Below are positions 35,296 to 45,469 of a stretch of 64,000 bases of DNA, piece by piece. The first letter of the stretch is position 1. Each line of letters starts with the position of its first letter. The notes below the pieces were generated by a model. That model had not been told where the DNA came from and made no database searches. It saw nothing but the letters and a program-made list of their open reading frames with translations. Made by a program: the position numbers and the translations under genes. The stretch spans positions 9,760-73,759 of IMG/VR virus record IMGVR_UViG_3300009171_000001, one strand, 5' to 3'. The DNA is from a virus.

Positions 35296-36301
35296 ACAAT
35301 TAAACAAAGAATTGAAAGCTGTTATGGCCGGATTATCCCCACAAGAAACAATTGAACAAAGTGATTGTTTTGTTTTTCAAGATGGTAAGGTGATAACATT
35401 TAACGATGAGATTGCTTGTCATTCACCTTGTTGCTTACCCATCACAGGGGCCATAAAAGCTACCAAGTTGTTGGGGATGATAGAACAATGGCCGGAAGAT
35501 AATATCGAATTTGAAGTGGAAAAGGACAAACTCAAATTCCAAGGGAGAAATCGGCATGGTTATTTTGTTATGCAAAAACAAATTACTTTGCCTATTAAGG
35601 ATATTGAAGTGGCGGGTAAATGGAATAAACTGCCTGAAGATTTTCTAACAGCCGTATCTCTAATAGAAAAGAGCGCCAGTCATGATGAAACCAAGTTGCA
35701 ATTTACCTGTTTGCATTTATCCAGCCAATGGATAGAATCCAGTGATGGTTTTCAAGCTGGACGATATTCTATGAAGTTGCCTTTTTGTAAATCCCTTTTA
35801 CTTCATAAAAAAATAGTCAGATGGTTAGGTGAAATAAATGCCAATCAAATGAATGAAACCTTACATTGGATTCATTTTCGCAACAGTGAAGAAAAGGATA
35901 TGATAATCAGTTGTCGCAAACGGGACCAAGGTCAAAATTATCCCAGTGATGCATTGACGGATATATTCAAAACAAAAGGTACACCTATAAAACTACCCAA
36001 AAACTTGAAAAATCTGACAAACCGTCTTAAAGTATTTTTGGATGAGGCGAATGTAATTCAATCATCTTTGATTATTCAATTGAACAAAAACCGCATATAT
36101 ATTACAGGTAGTGGAACGTATGGTGCTCAAACGGAGAGAGCTAAAATTTGTTATGATGGAAAGCCCTTCAAATTTAATATCAATCCTGAATTATTACAGG
36201 AATTTAGTACACAACATGATGAATGTATGATTTCTGACAAAAATATAAAAATACGAAAAGGGAATTATCAATTTGTATCTTGTTTGTGGCTGACTGAATG
36301 A
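35279..36301 (+). CDS. DNA polymerase III beta-like sliding clamp
   Basis: 340 aa; TFNDEI, ESSDGFQ, FNINPELL match clamp-like patterns. Confidence 0.7.
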   Translation: MQVVREQLNKELKAVMAGLSPQETIEQSDCFVFQDGKVITFNDEIACHSPCCLPITGAIKATKLLGMIEQWPEDNIEFEVEKDKLKFQGRNRHGYFVMQKQITLPIKDIEVAGKWNKLPEDFLTAVSLIEKSASHDETKLQFTCLHLSSQWIESSDGFQAGRYSMKLPFCKSLLLHKKIVRWLGEINANQMNETLHWIHFRNSEEKDMIISCRKRDQGQNYPSDALTDIFKTKGTPIKLPKNLKNLTNRLKVFLDEANVIQSSLIIQLNKNRIYITGSGTYGAQTERAKICYDGKPFKFNINPELLQEFSTQHDECMISDKNIKIRKGNYQFVSCLWLTE

Positions 36302-37515
36302 TGCACGGTTTTCTTCTCAATACTAATACAGATAACCGAATAGGTTTGGCTCATAATCCACAATGTGGTAGTTGTGGTTTGGCCCGCAAGTGCAAATCCC
36401 CTAAGATGAAATATACTGGTAAGGGGGAGAGGAAAATACTCATTGTGGGGGAGGCTCCTGGGGTGGAAGAAGATAAAGTCAATGAACAATTTGTGGGTAA
36501 GGCTGGCAAACGATTGAAGCAAGAGTTGAAAAGGCAGGGTGTAGATTTATTTAGGGATTGTTGGAAAACCAACGCCATACGTTGCCGCCCACCAGAAAAC
36601 AAAAAGCCCGATAACAAGCAAATTGCCTATTGTCGGCCAGCTTTGTTTTCCGAAATAGAACAACTCAAGCCTATTTCTATCTTGTTATTTGGTAATGTGG
36701 CGGCTAAGTCTGTGCTTGGTCATTTGTGGGATAATAGTGAAGGTTATGAAATGTCCACTTGGACAGATTGGTTGATACCTAATCGCAAACCCAATAGTTG
36801 GATTAGTGTTCACTATCATCCATCGTATTTAGAGCGACAGGGGGATGGTTTGTTGGATTTATTGTTTCAGCGGCATTTGAAACGGGCGTTGAAAAAGACA
36901 GAACGCCCGTGGGATAAAATCCCTAATTATGAAAATGATATTGATATATTATATACACCCAAAACAATTATCCCTTGCATTCAGGGATTGATAAATTGGG
37001 GGGAACCAATTGCTTTTGATTATGAAACCAATTGTCTCAAACCAGAATATGAGGGGGCAGAAATTGTTAGTTGTTCTATTTGTTGGGGGGAAGATGGGGA
37101 AGATAAGGTAATAGCCTTCCCCTGGATGAAAGAAATCCTAAAAGCAATGGATTTGTTGCTCAAAAGTCCTGTCCCAAAAATAGCCAGCAATATGAAATTT
37201 GAGGAGCGGTGGACAAAATATGTATTTGGACATCCTGTAAAGAATTGGGCGTGGGATACAATGCTGGCTGCCCATACTTTGAATAATAATGGCGGTGTAA
37301 CTGGTTTGAAATTCCAAGCATTTACCCGTTTGGGTCAACCCCCATATGATAAACACATTGAATCTTATTTGAAACCTGCCCGCAAGCAATACTTGAATAG
37401 AATACGAGAAATACCATTGAAGGATTTGCTCTTGTATAATGGGATGGATTCATTATGTGAGTACCTTGTAATGCAAAAACAAAAGAAAATCGTAATGAAA
37501 GGACACAATCCTTGA
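36298..37515 (+). CDS. Uracil-DNA glycosylase (family 4) fused to PolA 3'-5' exonuclease
   Basis: CGSCGL, VGEAPG.EED...FVGKAG, CRPP.N, YHPSY; then FDYET, NMKFE, DTMLA, YNGMD exonuclease motifs. Confidence 0.9.
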   Translation: MMHGFLLNTNTDNRIGLAHNPQCGSCGLARKCKSPKMKYTGKGERKILIVGEAPGVEEDKVNEQFVGKAGKRLKQELKRQGVDLFRDCWKTNAIRCRPPENKKPDNKQIAYCRPALFSEIEQLKPISILLFGNVAAKSVLGHLWDNSEGYEMSTWTDWLIPNRKPNSWISVHYHPSYLERQGDGLLDLLFQRHLKRALKKTERPWDKIPNYENDIDILYTPKTIIPCIQGLINWGEPIAFDYETNCLKPEYEGAEIVSCSICWGEDGEDKVIAFPWMKEILKAMDLLLKSPVPKIASNMKFEERWTKYVFGHPVKNWAWDTMLAAHTLNNNGGVTGLKFQAFTRLGQPPYDKHIESYLKPARKQYLNRIREIPLKDLLLYNGMDSLCEYLVMQKQKKIVMKGHNP

Positions 37516-37841
37516 AGGTATTAAAAGTTCAAGATTGTGAAGTGTTATTAGATGATTATGATTGGTTACGATTATGTCGAATCAAATGGAAAATCCGAAC
37601 ACCCAAAGATGGGGCTAAGTATATTTGTTGTAACAAATGGGTTACTTTACAAGATGGTTGTAGGGCAAAAAAAACTATCTATCTACACCGAGCTATTTCT
37701 TGTCCGCCGTATGGATTAGATTTGCCACCTGATATTGAAGTACATCATAAAAATAGTAATCCCTTGGATAATCAACAATGTAATTTGGAACGGTTAAATC
37801 GAGTTGCTCATGGTAAAATGACACGGAATAATCATCAATGA
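37512..37841 (+). CDS. HNH endonuclease
   Basis: YLHRAI...VHHKNSNPLDNQQCNL. Confidence 0.88.
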   Translation: MKVLKVQDCEVLLDDYDWLRLCRIKWKIRTPKDGAKYICCNKWVTLQDGCRAKKTIYLHRAISCPPYGLDLPPDIEVHHKNSNPLDNQQCNLERLNRVAHGKMTRNNHQ

Positions 37842-39223
37842 TAAAAGCCACCACACAAGATGCTTATAGATTGCTTCATGAAGGCTTATTAGTTATGGCT
37901 GAAATGGAGGCGAACGGAATCTGTGTAGATGTAGATTATATAAAACGGACACAAAGAAAAATAGATGTTCGTATTAAGTATCTTACTGAACAGTTGCAAG
38001 AAGATAAGATATACAGGGTATGGAAAAAGACATTTGGTTGGAAGACGAAACTTGGCAGCCGAGCGCAATTAGCTAATGTATTGTTTGATAAAATGGGAAT
38101 ACGTTCGGAGAGACAAACTAATACACGACAGGCGGCTGATGCAGAGGCTTTAGAGGGATTGAACATACCATTTGTTAAACAATATCTACATATCGAAAAG
38201 TTGAAGAAAGCCCGCAGTACATATCTTGCTAATATCCTGTATGAAACGGTAAATGGATTTATTCATCCCAATTTTAATTTGCATATTGCAAGAACTTTTA
38301 GAGGTTCATCTGACCATCCCAATTTTCAGAATATACCTATGCGGGATGTTCTCATCAAAAAGTTAATAAGACGTAGTTTTATTGCTCGGCCAGGACATTG
38401 CTTGGTTGACTTGGACTTCAAGGGCAGTGAAGTCAACGCAGCCAGTTGGTATCATAAAGACCCAGTGATGCTAAAATATATTGCTACTAATCCAGGCAAG
38501 ATGCATTTTGATGCCGCTAAACAAATCTACAAGTTGCCCAGCAAATTGATGACGCCAGAAATACGATATTGTGCAAAGAATAAGTTTGTATTCCCTCAAT
38601 TTTATGGTGATTGGTGGTTAAGTTGTGCACACAATTTATGGAATGCTATTGATAGGATGAAATTGAAAACCGCTAATGGCATCCCATTGAAAGAATGGCT
38701 TGAAAGAAAGGGCATAGTATGTTTGGGGACAGGTGATACAAAAAATATAAATCCTAAATCTTTTGAAGCCCATTTGAAGGAGGTAGAATATGACTTTTGG
38801 CATAATCGTTTTGCTGTATATCAAGAATGGAAAGAAGAGTGGTGGGAACAATATCAAGAACGTGGGTGGTTTCAAATGTTATCGGGTTTTAGGGTGTCGG
38901 GATATTTGAATCGTAAAGAGGTCATCAATTATCCAGTACAAGGTACAGCATTTCATGCTTTGCTTTGGTGTCTCATTCGTATTAGCCAATTGTTAAAAAA
39001 GTATAATATGAAAACAAAACTGGTTGGGCAAATCCATGATGATGCTGTGAGTGATGTACCGGAAAAGGAGTTAAGCAATTATATAGAAATAGCATTAGAT
39101 GTAATTATGGTACAGTTGAAAAAACATTGGCATTGGATAATCACGCCCATGCAAGTGGAGATTGAGACAACTGAAATAGGTGGTTCGTGGTATGGTAAAA
39201 AGGAATACAAAATTACCAATTAA
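37838..39223 (+). CDS. polA: DNA polymerase family A, polymerase domain
   Basis: RTFRGSS..PNFQNIP, DLDFKGSE, R..AK...F..FYG, NYPVQGTA, QIHD. Confidence 0.93.
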   Translation: MIKATTQDAYRLLHEGLLVMAEMEANGICVDVDYIKRTQRKIDVRIKYLTEQLQEDKIYRVWKKTFGWKTKLGSRAQLANVLFDKMGIRSERQTNTRQAADAEALEGLNIPFVKQYLHIEKLKKARSTYLANILYETVNGFIHPNFNLHIARTFRGSSDHPNFQNIPMRDVLIKKLIRRSFIARPGHCLVDLDFKGSEVNAASWYHKDPVMLKYIATNPGKMHFDAAKQIYKLPSKLMTPEIRYCAKNKFVFPQFYGDWWLSCAHNLWNAIDRMKLKTANGIPLKEWLERKGIVCLGTGDTKNINPKSFEAHLKEVEYDFWHNRFAVYQEWKEEWWEQYQERGWFQMLSGFRVSGYLNRKEVINYPVQGTAFHALLWCLIRISQLLKKYNMKTKLVGQIHDDAVSDVPEKELSNYIEIALDVIMVQLKKHWHWIITPMQVEIETTEIGGSWYGKKEYKITN

Positions 39224-39857
39224 TCAAATCATCTGCGGTGATTGTAGAGAAATCATCAAGGATTGGCCAGATGGATGTATTGACTTAATCCTTACTGACC
39301 CACCGTATGGTATTGATTATGCAAAGATTCAAGGGACAAGGCCCAATGAGAAAAAGAGAAAAGTGTTTGAAGGTGATAAAATTCCAATAGATATGACCTT
39401 TTTGTTTAATCGGCCCGAACCTAAAATCATTTTTGGTGCAAACAACTTTTGGAAACAAATACCTACACGTGGTCGATGGTTATGTTGGGACAAAAGAACA
39501 AAAATAAGTGCTGATAAGACTCTGGGCTCGCCATTTGAATTAGCTTGGATAAATCGAGAACACGGTTATAATAGAATCTATCGTGTGATGCATGGAGGTG
39601 TTATTAATAATGACCAGTATTATGGCGAAAGAAAAAGATGGCATCCAACACAAAAGCCCATCAATTTAATGAGATTGATATTGGAAGATTTTAGCAAACC
39701 CAACGACATAATCCTTGACCCATTTTGTGGTAGTGGTACTACCTGTATAGCCGCCGCCTTAATAGGCCGTCGATACATTGGTATTGATATTGATGAACAG
39801 TATTGTGAAATAAGTAGGAAAAGAATTAAACGAATAACAAGTGGGATGTTAATATGA
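39192..39857 (+). CDS. DNA methyltransferase (N6/N4, beta class)
   Basis: TDPPY, HPTQKP, LDPFCGSGTT. Confidence 0.92.
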   Translation: MVKRNTKLPINQIICGDCREIIKDWPDGCIDLILTDPPYGIDYAKIQGTRPNEKKRKVFEGDKIPIDMTFLFNRPEPKIIFGANNFWKQIPTRGRWLCWDKRTKISADKTLGSPFELAWINREHGYNRIYRVMHGGVINNDQYYGERKRWHPTQKPINLMRLILEDFSKPNDIILDPFCGSGTTCIAAALIGRRYIGIDIDEQYCEISRKRIKRITSGMLI

Positions 39858-40198
39858 GTTGGTGGATTAGTCTAAGAGATTCTCAAGGTGATTATCTGGA
39901 AACAGATACTATTTGTTGCGAAGGTGGTACGCAAGTTGTAGGTGGTACGAGTGAAGCAGTATTGAATGTTACCTACAACTATGGCAAACATTTTTGCTTT
40001 CCAAAACTTCAAGGATTGACAGCCATAGAAGCCAAACCCATTTTATCTGAAGCAATTAAACAACTTAAAGATGACACCGATGAAGATTATTGGAAAGCTA
40101 CGGAAGGCAATGCCAAGCGAGCTATACAAACTCTGTTGGATTTTTGCGAATTTGCTATCCGTACCAACCGGACAGATGCAAAGTTTGTAGTGAACTAA
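39854..40198 (+). CDS. Hypothetical phage protein
   Basis: LNVTYNY...YWKATEGNA pattern. Confidence 0.65.
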   Translation: MSWWISLRDSQGDYLETDTICCEGGTQVVGGTSEAVLNVTYNYGKHFCFPKLQGLTAIEAKPILSEAIKQLKDDTDEDYWKATEGNAKRAIQTLLDFCEFAIRTNRTDAKFVVN

Positions 40199-40212
40199 AA
40201 GGAGATGATGCA

Positions 40213-41130
40213 ATGATGGAATTGTACCGTAAATATCGCCCGACACGTTTGAAGGATGTTTTGGGACAACCTGAAGCTGTAAACATTCTTCGCAAGAAAA
40301 TCAAAAGTGAATCCGTACCCCACGCCATCTTATTTCATGGCCCCCCAGGTACGGGCAAAACCACCTTAGCACGTATAATAGCTAAGCACGTTAAGTGTAG
40401 TGATTATGATTTGCAAGAAAAGAATACTGCCGATTATAGGGGGATTGATAGTATTAGGGAAATCCGCAATAGTGTAAATCAAGCACCTATGAGTGGTGAA
40501 TCCCGCGTATGGATATTAGATGAAGTACATAAGGCTACTAATGATGCCCAAAATGCAATGCTCAAATTATTAGAAGAGCCACCTGACCATGTTTATTTTA
40601 TCTTGTGCACTACTGACCCCCAAAAACTACTTTCAACCATCCTACAGCGGTGTACTGTTATCCGTTTGTTACCCATCCCGTTTGAAGATATTAGGGATAT
40701 AGTAAAGAATGTTTGTCATCAAGAAAATATCAAATTATCGAAAAAGGTTTTTGAGCGGCTGATAGAATATGCGGAAGGTTCTGCCCGTGAAGCCCTACAA
40801 ATCCTGGACAAAATATATCAATTGGAAGATGAACGGGAACAATTAGATGCTATTGAAAAAGCATCTGTCAAAACTCAAGCTATCACTATTGCCAGGATGT
40901 TGTTGAATACAAAAACAAAATGGAAACAAATATCCCCTATTTTGAAAGAATTAGAAAATGAGGATGCTGAACAAATCCGATATATGATATTGGGTTATGG
41001 ACGGGCAGTTTTGTTAAGTAAAGATACCCCACGGGCATTCAGAATGATTGAATCATTCCGTGATAATTTTTATGATAGCAAATTTAGTGGTGTGGTGGCA
41101 GCTTGTTATGAGGTGATTCAAGGTGGATAA
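40213..41130 (+). CDS. Clamp loader, DNA pol III gamma/tau-like
   Basis: LYRKYRP, GPPGTGKTT, LDEVH, AQNAMLKLLEEPP, QRC. Confidence 0.92.
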   Translation: MMELYRKYRPTRLKDVLGQPEAVNILRKKIKSESVPHAILFHGPPGTGKTTLARIIAKHVKCSDYDLQEKNTADYRGIDSIREIRNSVNQAPMSGESRVWILDEVHKATNDAQNAMLKLLEEPPDHVYFILCTTDPQKLLSTILQRCTVIRLLPIPFEDIRDIVKNVCHQENIKLSKKVFERLIEYAEGSAREALQILDKIYQLEDEREQLDAIEKASVKTQAITIARMLLNTKTKWKQISPILKELENEDAEQIRYMILGYGRAVLLSKDTPRAFRMIESFRDNFYDSKFSGVVAACYEVIQGG

Positions 41131-41190
41131 ATTAACGGGTTGTTAGAAAACAATGGGCAATAATATAGTAAAAGGAAAGGTTTATTTTTT

Positions 41191-41661
41191 ATGAATAAAA
41201 GTGAACAAAAAGAATTTGAAGGTTTGTTAGATATTGATAAGACACGATTGGATGAGGAATGTGAAAGACAACCATATCTTGTTTGGGAATATGGCCGTAT
41301 GTCAGCTAAGGCTCTGCGGGATGTAGATGATGCTTTGTCTAATCTCAAATTGGTTGAAGCTGATGTAGATGCGGCTGTAAGGGATGCCCCTGCTAAATTT
41401 GGGCTGGACAAGATAAATGAAACTGCTATCAAACGTGCTATTTTACGCAGCGAGGAGTTTCAGGAGGCTCAAGAACAATTGAATAAGGCAAAATACCGAG
41501 TGAATGTTCTTGAAGCAGCTAATAGGTCATTGGATCATCGTAGAACATCCTTAACAATGTTGGACAAACAAGATGAACGTGGTTACTTTGCCCGCCCCAC
41601 ACAAAAGGTACGGACAGATACCGGCAAATCACCTCATCGCAAAACTTTGAAAAAGCAATAA
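41191..41661 (+). CDS. UvsY-like recombination mediator
   Basis: Helical 156-aa protein, LDIDKTRLDEE...; upstream of SSB/RecA. Confidence 0.55.
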   Translation: MNKSEQKEFEGLLDIDKTRLDEECERQPYLVWEYGRMSAKALRDVDDALSNLKLVEADVDAAVRDAPAKFGLDKINETAIKRAILRSEEFQEAQEQLNKAKYRVNVLEAANRSLDHRRTSLTMLDKQDERGYFARPTQKVRTDTGKSPHRKTLKKQ

Positions 41662-41662
41662 T

Positions 41663-41836
41663 ATGAACAACCCAGTAAATGATATTATTACTTTTGGAAT
41701 AATTGTAGTAGTATTACCTATTTTGACTTATTTCATAGTCAAATTTGGTGCGGCAGGTTATTATAGTGCTAAGCGTATATGGGATAAATCATCCCAAAAT
41801 GATAGTAAAGATGAACAAGATGAAATAAAGGAGTAG
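41663..41836 (+). CDS. Small membrane protein (57 aa)
   Basis: Own translation MNNPVNDIITFGIIVVVLPILTYFIVKFGAAG... Confidence 0.5.
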   Translation: MNNPVNDIITFGIIVVVLPILTYFIVKFGAAGYYSAKRIWDKSSQNDSKDEQDEIKE

Positions 41837-41840
41837 TAGT

Positions 41841-42986
41841 ATGAGCAGACAAAGTAAGAAACGTGAAAAGAGAAGTGTGGCCGGAGCAACGGCTAAAAGG
41901 AGGGAGAAGGCTGGACAGGGATTTTCTGATATGTTCAACTTTCCCAAAGGGACGGAAACCTTTGGTATAGATTCCTCCGGTGTCAAACGTATCGACATTG
42001 TGCCTTACGTGGTAGGCAAAGGCAACCCCAATGCGGAAGATGGGGCTTTTTATTGGGAGAGGACGTTCTTTGCTCATCGTGGCATCGGGGTGAACAACGA
42101 TTGGGTTGTGTGTCCTGCCCGCACGGTTAAAAAGCCTTGTCCAATTTGTGAGTTGGCTGCCAAGATGCAAAAGGATGCTGATGCTGATGAGGATGCAGTC
42201 AAAGCTCTCTCCCCCAGCAAACGCATGCTTGTAAATGTACGCGACCTCAAGAAAGACCCTGACAAAGTAAAAGTCTGGCATGTATCTCATTGGTACTTTG
42301 GCAAGGCTCTTGATGAAGCACTCGCATCGGCGTATGAAGACCACGAAGACAACATGGACAATTTCTGCGACCCTGAAGGTGGTCATTATCTCAAGTGTAT
42401 GGCTGAGACTGGTTGGGAGGGGCAAGGTTATCAAATTGCCCGTGTGGACTTCGTTCCGCGTAAAGAGGATTTGACTGATGAAATCCTTGAAAAAGCAGTA
42501 TGCCTCGATGACGCACTCAATATCAAGAGCTATGAGGAAATAAAAGAAATGCTTTATGCGGGGGAAGATGAAGATGAAAAGCCGGCAAAAAAGTCCAAAT
42601 CTAAATCGGACGATGATGATGAGGACGATGAGGATGAGGATGAAAAGCCGGCAAAAAAGTCCAAATCTAAATCCAAATCAAAGGATGATGATGATGAAGA
42701 TGATGACGAAGAGGCCGATGATGATGATGATGATGATGATGAAGATGATGATGATGATGATGATGAAGAGGCCGATGATGATGATGAAGAGGCCGATGAC
42801 GAGGACGATGAGGATGAAAAGCCGGCAAAAAAGCCCAAGCCCAAGCCCAAATCCAAATCCAAATCTAAATCTAAATTAGATGATGATGAGGAGGAGGAGG
42901 AAGACGAGGAGGACGACGATACCGAAGACGAGGACGATGATTGGGATGATGATGAGGATGAAAAGCCCAAAAAGGGCAAAAAGTAA
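41841..42986 (+). CDS. Single-stranded DNA-binding protein (gp32-like) with very long acidic tail
   Basis: H...VCP...CPICE zinc motif; about 140-aa D/E tail with KPAKKSK repeats. Confidence 0.8.
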   Translation: MSRQSKKREKRSVAGATAKRREKAGQGFSDMFNFPKGTETFGIDSSGVKRIDIVPYVVGKGNPNAEDGAFYWERTFFAHRGIGVNNDWVVCPARTVKKPCPICELAAKMQKDADADEDAVKALSPSKRMLVNVRDLKKDPDKVKVWHVSHWYFGKALDEALASAYEDHEDNMDNFCDPEGGHYLKCMAETGWEGQGYQIARVDFVPRKEDLTDEILEKAVCLDDALNIKSYEEIKEMLYAGEDEDEKPAKKSKSKSDDDDEDDEDEDEKPAKKSKSKSKSKDDDDEDDDEEADDDDDDDDEDDDDDDDEEADDDDEEADDEDDEDEKPAKKPKPKPKSKSKSKSKLDDDEEEEEDEEDDDTEDEDDDWDDDEDEKPKKGKK

Positions 42987-43001
42987 ATTCTCTTAAATTT
43001 T

Positions 43002-43072
43002 GGTGGGCAGGTACATTAAACAGTAACTATTGGGTCTGGTTTGATTGCCTAAAAATCCTGCCCACCTATTTT
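43002..43072 (+). terminator. Long hairpin after SSB
   Basis: GGTGGGCAGG/CCTGCCCACC followed by TATTTTT. Confidence 0.5.
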
Positions 43073-43088
43073 TGACTTCCAGGTAAAT

Positions 43089-44135
43089 ATGAAAACTGAA
43101 GAAATAAAACGACGCTTGAAACATCGTAAAGAAAACAAAGAATTGACTGCCGGTGATTTTGTAAGTACCGGCAGTTCAATGCTCAATCTTGCCTGTACAG
43201 ACAACCCAAACAAAGGCTTTGCTAAGGGATATTACTACCTATTAGTTGGCACAAGCCAATCGGGCAAAACCTTTTTATCGTTGACCTGTTTGGCAGAGGC
43301 TACACGTAATCCCTGTTTTCAGAATCATCAATTCATTTATGATGATGTGGAACGGGGAGCTTTAATGGACATCGAAAAGTTTTTTGGCAAGGCGGTAAAA
43401 GAAAGGTTGAAGGTCATTCATTCTCATACTATAGAGGAGTTTTATTATCGGTTGGACAATCTTGCCAAAAAGGGCAAACCATTTATTTATATATTGGATT
43501 CTATGGATGGTTTGACCAGCCAGGCAGAGCTCAAGAAATTTGGTCAGCAAAAGAAAGCATATCGAGAGGAGCGTGAAGCACCTGGTAGTTATGGGGATGG
43601 CAAGGCAAAAATCAATAGTCAAAATTTGCGATGTGTCCTCAATCCACTTCAAGAAACAGGTAGCATACTCATCATTATAAATCAAACACGGGACAAATTG
43701 ACGGGTTTTGGGGGTAAGACACGGAGTGGGGGGAATGCCTTACAATTCTATGCTTGTTTAGAAATATGGAGTGATGTTAAGAAACATATCACCAAAGTGT
43801 ACAAAGGCAAACCACGGGCTCAGGGTGTATTGTGTACTTTGCGGGTGAAAAAGAACCGATTCAAAGGCAAAGACAGGATGATTGAAATACCCATCTATTA
43901 TAGTTATGGTATAGATGATGTGGGTTCCTGCATAGATTATTTGGTGAGTGAAAAACATTGGAAAAAACGGGATGGGAGTATCATAGCCCCTGAATTTGAT
44001 TTCAAAGGCAAACGTAATAGCCTCATTCAACATATAATCAATAATAATATGGAAAAAGATTTGGGGGAGGTGGTGATGGATGCTTGGCAGGAAATAGAGA
44101 GGGCAATTGATATAAAAAGAAAACCAAGATATTGA
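43089..44135 (+). CDS. RecA/UvsX-like recombinase
   Basis: STGS, GTSQSGKT, ILDS, INQTRD, SGGNALQFYA, VKKNR. Confidence 0.92.
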   Translation: MKTEEIKRRLKHRKENKELTAGDFVSTGSSMLNLACTDNPNKGFAKGYYYLLVGTSQSGKTFLSLTCLAEATRNPCFQNHQFIYDDVERGALMDIEKFFGKAVKERLKVIHSHTIEEFYYRLDNLAKKGKPFIYILDSMDGLTSQAELKKFGQQKKAYREEREAPGSYGDGKAKINSQNLRCVLNPLQETGSILIIINQTRDKLTGFGGKTRSGGNALQFYACLEIWSDVKKHITKVYKGKPRAQGVLCTLRVKKNRFKGKDRMIEIPIYYSYGIDDVGSCIDYLVSEKHWKKRDGSIIAPEFDFKGKRNSLIQHIINNNMEKDLGEVVMDAWQEIERAIDIKRKPRY

Positions 44136-44323
44136 CGGATAGTAAAAAGGATTTTTTGATGGACAAGGATAGAATTATCAGGATATTAGAATGGATGATA
44201 TATTCCCTCAAAGTATATTATACCAACGCTTTTGGGGATGAGGATTTACCAGACGATCAAATCAACTGGAGTCCTGAAATGAAAGAGGCTATGGATGTAT
44301 TGGAGGAGTTGAAAAGGGAATGA
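44132..44323 (+). CDS. Hypothetical protein
   Basis: Short coupled ORF. Confidence 0.5.
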   Translation: MTDSKKDFLMDKDRIIRILEWMIYSLKVYYTNAFGDEDLPDDQINWSPEMKEAMDVLEELKRE

Positions 44324-45162
44324 ACCAACGTCATCTCATTCTTGATAGTAACTACCTGGCCCATCGTGCTAAGTATGTGTTTGGTAATTTGTCTGACAAA
44401 GGCTCTGCTACGGGTGTTATATATGGATTTCTAAAAGATTTGTTGATATTAAGAGATAAGTTTCAAACCAACCATTTTGTGTTTTGTTGGGACCATCCAT
44501 TTTCCAAACGCCAAAATTTGTTACCTGCATATAAACAGCATCGAGAGAAAGAGTTTGATAGTAAAGAGGAGCAGGAGTTTGAATTAGAATTTCAAAGACA
44601 AATTATTGCATTGCGAGATACTTATTTACCTATCATCGGATTTTGTAATATCTTTTGGCAAGTGGGATATGAAGCTGATGATATAATTGCTATGGTTTGT
44701 AAAAATCTCAATCCTGCTACAGAAGAAGGAATTATAGTAACAGCAGACCAGGATTTATATCAACTCCTTCGGATAAATATCACTTGGTATAATCCGAGAA
44801 CAAAAGAACATTTGAATGTTTCTAAATTCAAAAAGAAATATGGTATCAAACCTAAACAATGGATAAAAGTCAAAGCTATTGCTGGTTGTCATAGTGATAA
44901 TGTACCTGGTGTGCCAGGTGTGGGTGAGAAAACTGCTATCAAGTATTTGCGGGGTGAATTGAATCCCTCTTACAAAACATATCAAGCCATTAAAAATCAT
45001 TGGCAAGATATTGTGCTACGAAATCGGCCTTTGGTAGAATTACCTTTGAATGGTACAATATCCCGTAGTCTAAAAGAAGCAGACAATGTGACACAAGAGG
45101 GTTGGAACGAAGTTACTAAAGCATTGGGAATGAAAAGCATACGGTACAAAAATATAATGTGA
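44320..45162 (+). CDS. 5'-3' exonuclease/flap endonuclease
   Basis: LILDSN, YK..R, EADD, DQDLYQ, SDNVPGVPGVGEKTA. Confidence 0.92.
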   Translation: MNQRHLILDSNYLAHRAKYVFGNLSDKGSATGVIYGFLKDLLILRDKFQTNHFVFCWDHPFSKRQNLLPAYKQHREKEFDSKEEQEFELEFQRQIIALRDTYLPIIGFCNIFWQVGYEADDIIAMVCKNLNPATEEGIIVTADQDLYQLLRINITWYNPRTKEHLNVSKFKKKYGIKPKQWIKVKAIAGCHSDNVPGVPGVGEKTAIKYLRGELNPSYKTYQAIKNHWQDIVLRNRPLVELPLNGTISRSLKEADNVTQEGWNEVTKALGMKSIRYKNIM

Positions 45163-45172
45163 AAGGAAAAAG

Positions 45173-45469
45173 ATGTTTATCACAAAGATGCCCATCACAG
45201 GTAATTTCAAAATCAGTTTTCAAAGACAGGATAGTCACATTAGAGGGAAAGTAGATACTTTGTGTGAAATTCGTCGGATCAATTCAGAAAATTCACTCAT
45301 TTCGTCTGCAACAGCACATCTTCATCCTAAAGATAAATATGACAAAGTTAAGGGTAAGAAAGTTGCTTTAACCAAAGCACTTGCCAAATGTCTTCTTTTT
45401 GACAAGATAGACCGAGGATGTTTTTGGCTGGATTTTCGGCATTGGGTAAATAGTTGGAAGGCAAAATAA
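45173..45469 (+). CDS. Hypothetical phage protein
   Basis: HPKDKYDK..GKKVALTKAL. Confidence 0.65.
   Translation: MFITKMPITGNFKISFQRQDSHIRGKVDTLCEIRRINSENSLISSATAHLHPKDKYDKVKGKKVALTKALAKCLLFDKIDRGCFWLDFRHWVNSWKAK

Noticed and set aside
37512-37841. Group I intron in polA
   Set aside because: The HNH ORF overlaps both neighbours by 4 nt, leaving no non-coding sequence for an intron core.
42554-42979. Poly-Ser (minus) and poly-Met (plus) ORFs
   Set aside because: Alternative-frame shadows of the SSB acidic tail.
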